DNA of 64,000 nucleotides from Methyloligellaceae bacterium (GTDB lineage Bacteria; Pseudomonadota; Alphaproteobacteria; Rhizobiales; CBDHHC01): NCBI GenBank assembly GCA_965263345.1, contig CBDHHC010000016.1, positions 212,861 to 276,860 of the forward strand, read 5' to 3'. Shown piece by piece: positions 61,067 to 64,000 of this stretch (position 1 is its first letter; each line of letters starts with the position of its first letter). The notes under the pieces were generated by a model. It saw only the letters and a program-made list of their open reading frames with translations, ran no database searches and was not told where the DNA came from. The position numbers and the translations under genes were made by a program.

Positions 61067-62659
61067 TTATTTCATTTCGTCTGTTTTAGCTTTAAGAACT
61101 TTGTTGGTCTCAATGAGGGTATCTGTTACAGATCTGCTTGCATCAATGATATGCCAGCTTATATGCCCAATATCTTGTTCGTATTGTTTTTTGACGATTT
61201 CCGGGGTTGCATCAGAGGCATCTCCGATACGTTCTGCAACTCTAGACATAGAGATTGCTTCAGGCACCTCCAACCAAAATCCTATGAATGGGACCTTAAG
61301 TTTCCATGCAAGTTCTTCTACAGCTTTACGTTGTTCAGGTTGGCTGAAGACAGCATCTATTATGACAGAATGACCTGACATTAATGCAATTTTAGCTTGC
61401 TCCAGCAGGAGGTTATATATTTTCTCATTGATCGTGGATGTGTAATATTGCTTTTTTAAATGATCTGTCTCTTCAACTGAAAAGAAGGATTTACGTTCCT
61501 GGTCACTTCTTAGAACCAGAGCACCTGGAGCATTTCCAATAGATGGTGCTATATTCATTGCAAGTGTCGTTTTTCCTGTTCCAGATAGTCCACCGATACA
61601 TATGATTTTTGGTGCAGAAAGCTTGAGGTAGGACATTGCAGAATGAAAATATTTCAGGGCCATATCGCGTAATTTTGAGGTATCGTCATTTTCAATTTGT
61701 GCAATATGTTCGGCTGTCACCATCACACGGATTCCAGCCCGGCATGCTAAAAATAAAGGTAACGCTTTTAGAGCATAAAGATTACTTGTTTGATTTGAAT
61801 AATATAAATAATAATTTAGCAAAAGGTTTGCTTCGTGTCTGAGATTACGTTGCCATAAATCCATTAAAATAAAGGCTAGGTCATATAAGGTATCAATTGT
61901 TGCAATTTCTTCATCAAATTCTATAGCATCAAATAAAACTGGTTCTCCATCTATCTCAACTATATTCTTAAGATGAAGATCACCATGACAACGACGCACA
62001 AAGCCTTCTTCAGATCTATGGTCAAGACATGTTTTGACTTCTGACAATTGTTTTGTTGCCAATGAGATAAAGTCCGCTGATTGTTTGGATGAGATGGTAT
62101 GTTCTATTTTTCCAAACTCTGTGCCTAAATTATTTATTATATCGGAAAAAGCCTTAGCGGTGTTCGTTTTATCAGATATCGGGGCTTGATCATGATAATC
62201 AGCTATTATTGATGCAATGCGTTTTATTAAAGTGTCTGAAATGTCACCTTTGTCAGCGAGGTGGTTTAGAATATGATCCTGTTTAAAGCGTCGCATATGG
62301 ACAACCCATTCGACAGGTATCCCGTTACCATTTATTGAAAGTTGTCCTGATGCCTGCCGTGTAATTGGGATAACATCTACGTATATTTCTGGTGCATAGG
62401 GCTTATTGATTTTTAATTCATTAAAACAGGCTTGTTTTCGAAGTTCTATGTTTGAGAAGTCCATATATGGAAATTTAACAGATTTTTTAATCTTGAAGAC
62501 TTCATTACCTACTAAAAAAATAAGCGCTCCATGCGTTTCTATTTGCTCTATCATCTTAGGATTAAACTTATAAGATTCAGGATTAGTCAAACATGCTATC
62601 ACTTCTGTCTGATCTTCAAAATAAGCAGTTGTTTTTATATGAATTGATTTTGAACTCAT
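61067..62659 (-). CDS. Bifunctional protein: N-terminal APH-like (protein-kinase-fold) phosphotransferase + C-terminal P-loop AAA_33/zeta-toxin-like kinase
   Basis: Start trimmed to MSSKS. N-half has HGDLHLKN (Brenner motif) and D..F.; C-half GGLSGTGKTTLA Walker A. Confidence 0.7.
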   Translation of the reverse strand: MSSKSIHIKTTAYFEDQTEVIACLTNPESYKFNPKMIEQIETHGALIFLVGNEVFKIKKSVKFPYMDFSNIELRKQACFNELKINKPYAPEIYVDVIPITRQASGQLSINGNGIPVEWVVHMRRFKQDHILNHLADKGDISDTLIKRIASIIADYHDQAPISDKTNTAKAFSDIINNLGTEFGKIEHTISSKQSADFISLATKQLSEVKTCLDHRSEEGFVRRCHGDLHLKNIVEIDGEPVLFDAIEFDEEIATIDTLYDLAFILMDLWQRNLRHEANLLLNYYLYYSNQTSNLYALKALPLFLACRAGIRVMVTAEHIAQIENDDTSKLRDMALKYFHSAMSYLKLSAPKIICIGGLSGTGKTTLAMNIAPSIGNAPGALVLRSDQERKSFFSVEETDHLKKQYYTSTINEKIYNLLLEQAKIALMSGHSVIIDAVFSQPEQRKAVEELAWKLKVPFIGFWLEVPEAISMSRVAERIGDASDATPEIVKKQYEQDIGHISWHIIDASRSVTDTLIETNKVLKAKTDEMK

Positions 62660-62839
62660 TCGTTTCTCCTGAATGAAAACGATATAGAAAAAAAACATTT
62701 TTGTTTTGATGCAGATCAATTTTTTTAATTTGTGCTTTGAATTAGAATATACTTATCAAAAATAGTCCGTGTTCTGCCTTAAGAATTTTACGGATGAACC
62801 ATTTGAAATTGATATATACTTTATAAGAAAGGTTACAAA

Positions 62840-63337
62840 ATGAGTGATAAATCATTTCTCCCATCATTGTGGTCTTCTAATGAAGACAAAAATGTGGATG
62901 TTTTTCAAACTCTTCACAAAGAGATGAATCGTGTTTTTGACGATTTTCATCGAGGGTTTAATTTCCCTGCATTCAAGAACGATTTACGTTTTGAAGGCAG
63001 TGTTCTTTCTCCAAAGGTCAATGTTACTGAAACAGATAATACGATTGAAATTTCTGCTGAATTACCTGGTGTAGAGGAAAAGGATATTGATGTAAGTTTG
63101 TCTGATCAAGTGCTGACAATTAAAGCTGAGAAGAAGTCTGAAACTGAAGATACGTCTAAAGATTATCACCTCGTAGAACGTTCATATGGATCTTTCCAAC
63201 GTTCTTTAAGGCTACCATTCGATATTGAAGCAGATCATGTTAAGGCTGACTTTAAAAATGGAGTTCTTATGGTCAGTTTACCAAAACCACCAGAGCTGGA
63301 AAAGTCAGTGAAAAAGATTAAGGTTGGTCAATCATAA
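62840..63337 (+). CDS. Hsp20/alpha-crystallin small heat-shock protein
   Basis: ACD with ...PKVNVTETDNTIEISAELPGV...G(x)L domain. Confidence 0.85.
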   Translation: MSDKSFLPSLWSSNEDKNVDVFQTLHKEMNRVFDDFHRGFNFPAFKNDLRFEGSVLSPKVNVTETDNTIEISAELPGVEEKDIDVSLSDQVLTIKAEKKSETEDTSKDYHLVERSYGSFQRSLRLPFDIEADHVKADFKNGVLMVSLPKPPELEKSVKKIKVGQS

Positions 63338-63425
63338 GTATCAGATAGCTTAGCCTTGATAGAATTCCATTTAAATTAAATGATCATTCTAAGTCTCTAA
63401 TAATATTTCTATTACATAGAAAATT

Positions 63426-63452
63426 TATGAAGCCTATAAAATAGGCTTCATA
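63426..63452. terminator. Bidirectional terminator hairpin between convergent hsp20 and P-type ATPase
   Basis: Perfect 12-bp palindrome tatgaagcctat-aaa-ataggcttcata. Confidence 0.45.
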
Positions 63453-63484
63453 TTCATAGTGTTCCTGTTCGTTACGTTATTCCT

Positions 63485-64000
63485 CTAACTACTCTTTAAA
63501 ACCCTGATGTTTTTAGGTCTTCCTTTTACTCTTTTATAAAATTCTGGAATTATGACTATTGGTATTGAAATTATAAATATCAATACCCAGTCATAAAAAG
63601 TTAAAGGTGCAGTATGAAATGCTCTTTGGAAGAATGGTATATAAACAGCTGCAAATTGCATAAATATTATGACTATGACAGCCCACCATAATATAGGATT
63701 AGACCACAATCCAATTTGATTGAGAGAGAGGTTTAAAGACCTGAAGTTTAATACGTTTAAGGCTTCCATGATAATGATAGCCGTAAAGGCAACTGTTTGG
63801 GCAGATGCTTCATAGGACCCACCAAGACTAATATAATAATAATATATCCAAAGGGTAGAAAACCCCATATATCCACCTAGACTGACTATTGTCAGTAGAC
63901 CATGGCGGTCAATTAAGCTTTCATTTTGTTTTCTTGGCTTTTTCTGCATAAGGTCTTTTTGTACTGGTTCCAGTCCAAGAGAAAGCGCTGTCAGGCTGTC
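63485..64000 (-). CDS. Cation-transporting P-type ATPase, C-terminal portion (gene continues beyond window end)
   Basis: Frame open to 64000. ...ALSLGLEPVQKDLMQKKPRKQNESLIDRH... and TM7-10 region typical of P-type ATPase C-terminus. Confidence 0.7.
   Translation of the reverse strand, partial: DSLTALSLGLEPVQKDLMQKKPRKQNESLIDRHGLLTIVSLGGYMGFSTLWIYYYYISLGGSYEASAQTVAFTAIIIMEALNVLNFRSLNLSLNQIGLWSNPILWWAVIVIIFMQFAAVYIPFFQRAFHTAPLTFYDWVLIFIISIPIVIIPEFYKRVKGRPKNIRVLKSS

Overview
The window looks like a low-GC alphaproteobacterial chromosome segment, Rhizobiales-like and possibly Bartonellaceae. That guess rests on inference: the atpI-B-E-F'-F F0 operon, ccrM, and overall AT-richness. Organism identity is not established.

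Core housekeeping genes (all read directly from the ORF translations):
- EF-G-like GTPase
- lldR-like regulator and lldD
- RNase P RNA (rnpB), which the ORF track misses
- cell-wall genes: a lytic transglycosylase, an AmpD-like amidase and djlA
- ccrM and mutY
- two tandem DsbA lipoproteins
- smc
- the F0 ATP synthase operon
- an Lrp/LysE pair
- phaC with a phasin
- Hsp20
- a partial P-type ATPase at the 3' edge

Three accessory islands interrupt them.

1. About 4.7-11.3 kb holds a two-gene hypothetical operon, an internally duplicated Cys-rich secreted protein, a YHS protein, a GT2 glycosyltransferase, a hydrolase lipoprotein, and an RNA-ligase-like hypothetical.
2. 35.9-49.4 kb is a co-directional 11-gene nonulosonic-acid (sialic/legionaminic-like) glycan cluster. 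It carries neuB/neuC/neuA-like genes plus an AsnB-like amidotransferase, three methyltransferases of different families, a flippase and glycosyltransferases.
3. 49.6-55.7 kb is a Csu/sigma-type chaperone-usher pilus locus. A second, decayed copy sits beside it (a pilin with an in-frame TAG, a chaperone with an in-frame TAA and a truncation). Next to it are a LuxR-type regulator and a G9 homopolymer.

No CRISPR arrays, transposases or tRNAs were recognised. All calls come from reading the translations and sequence by eye; no searches were run.
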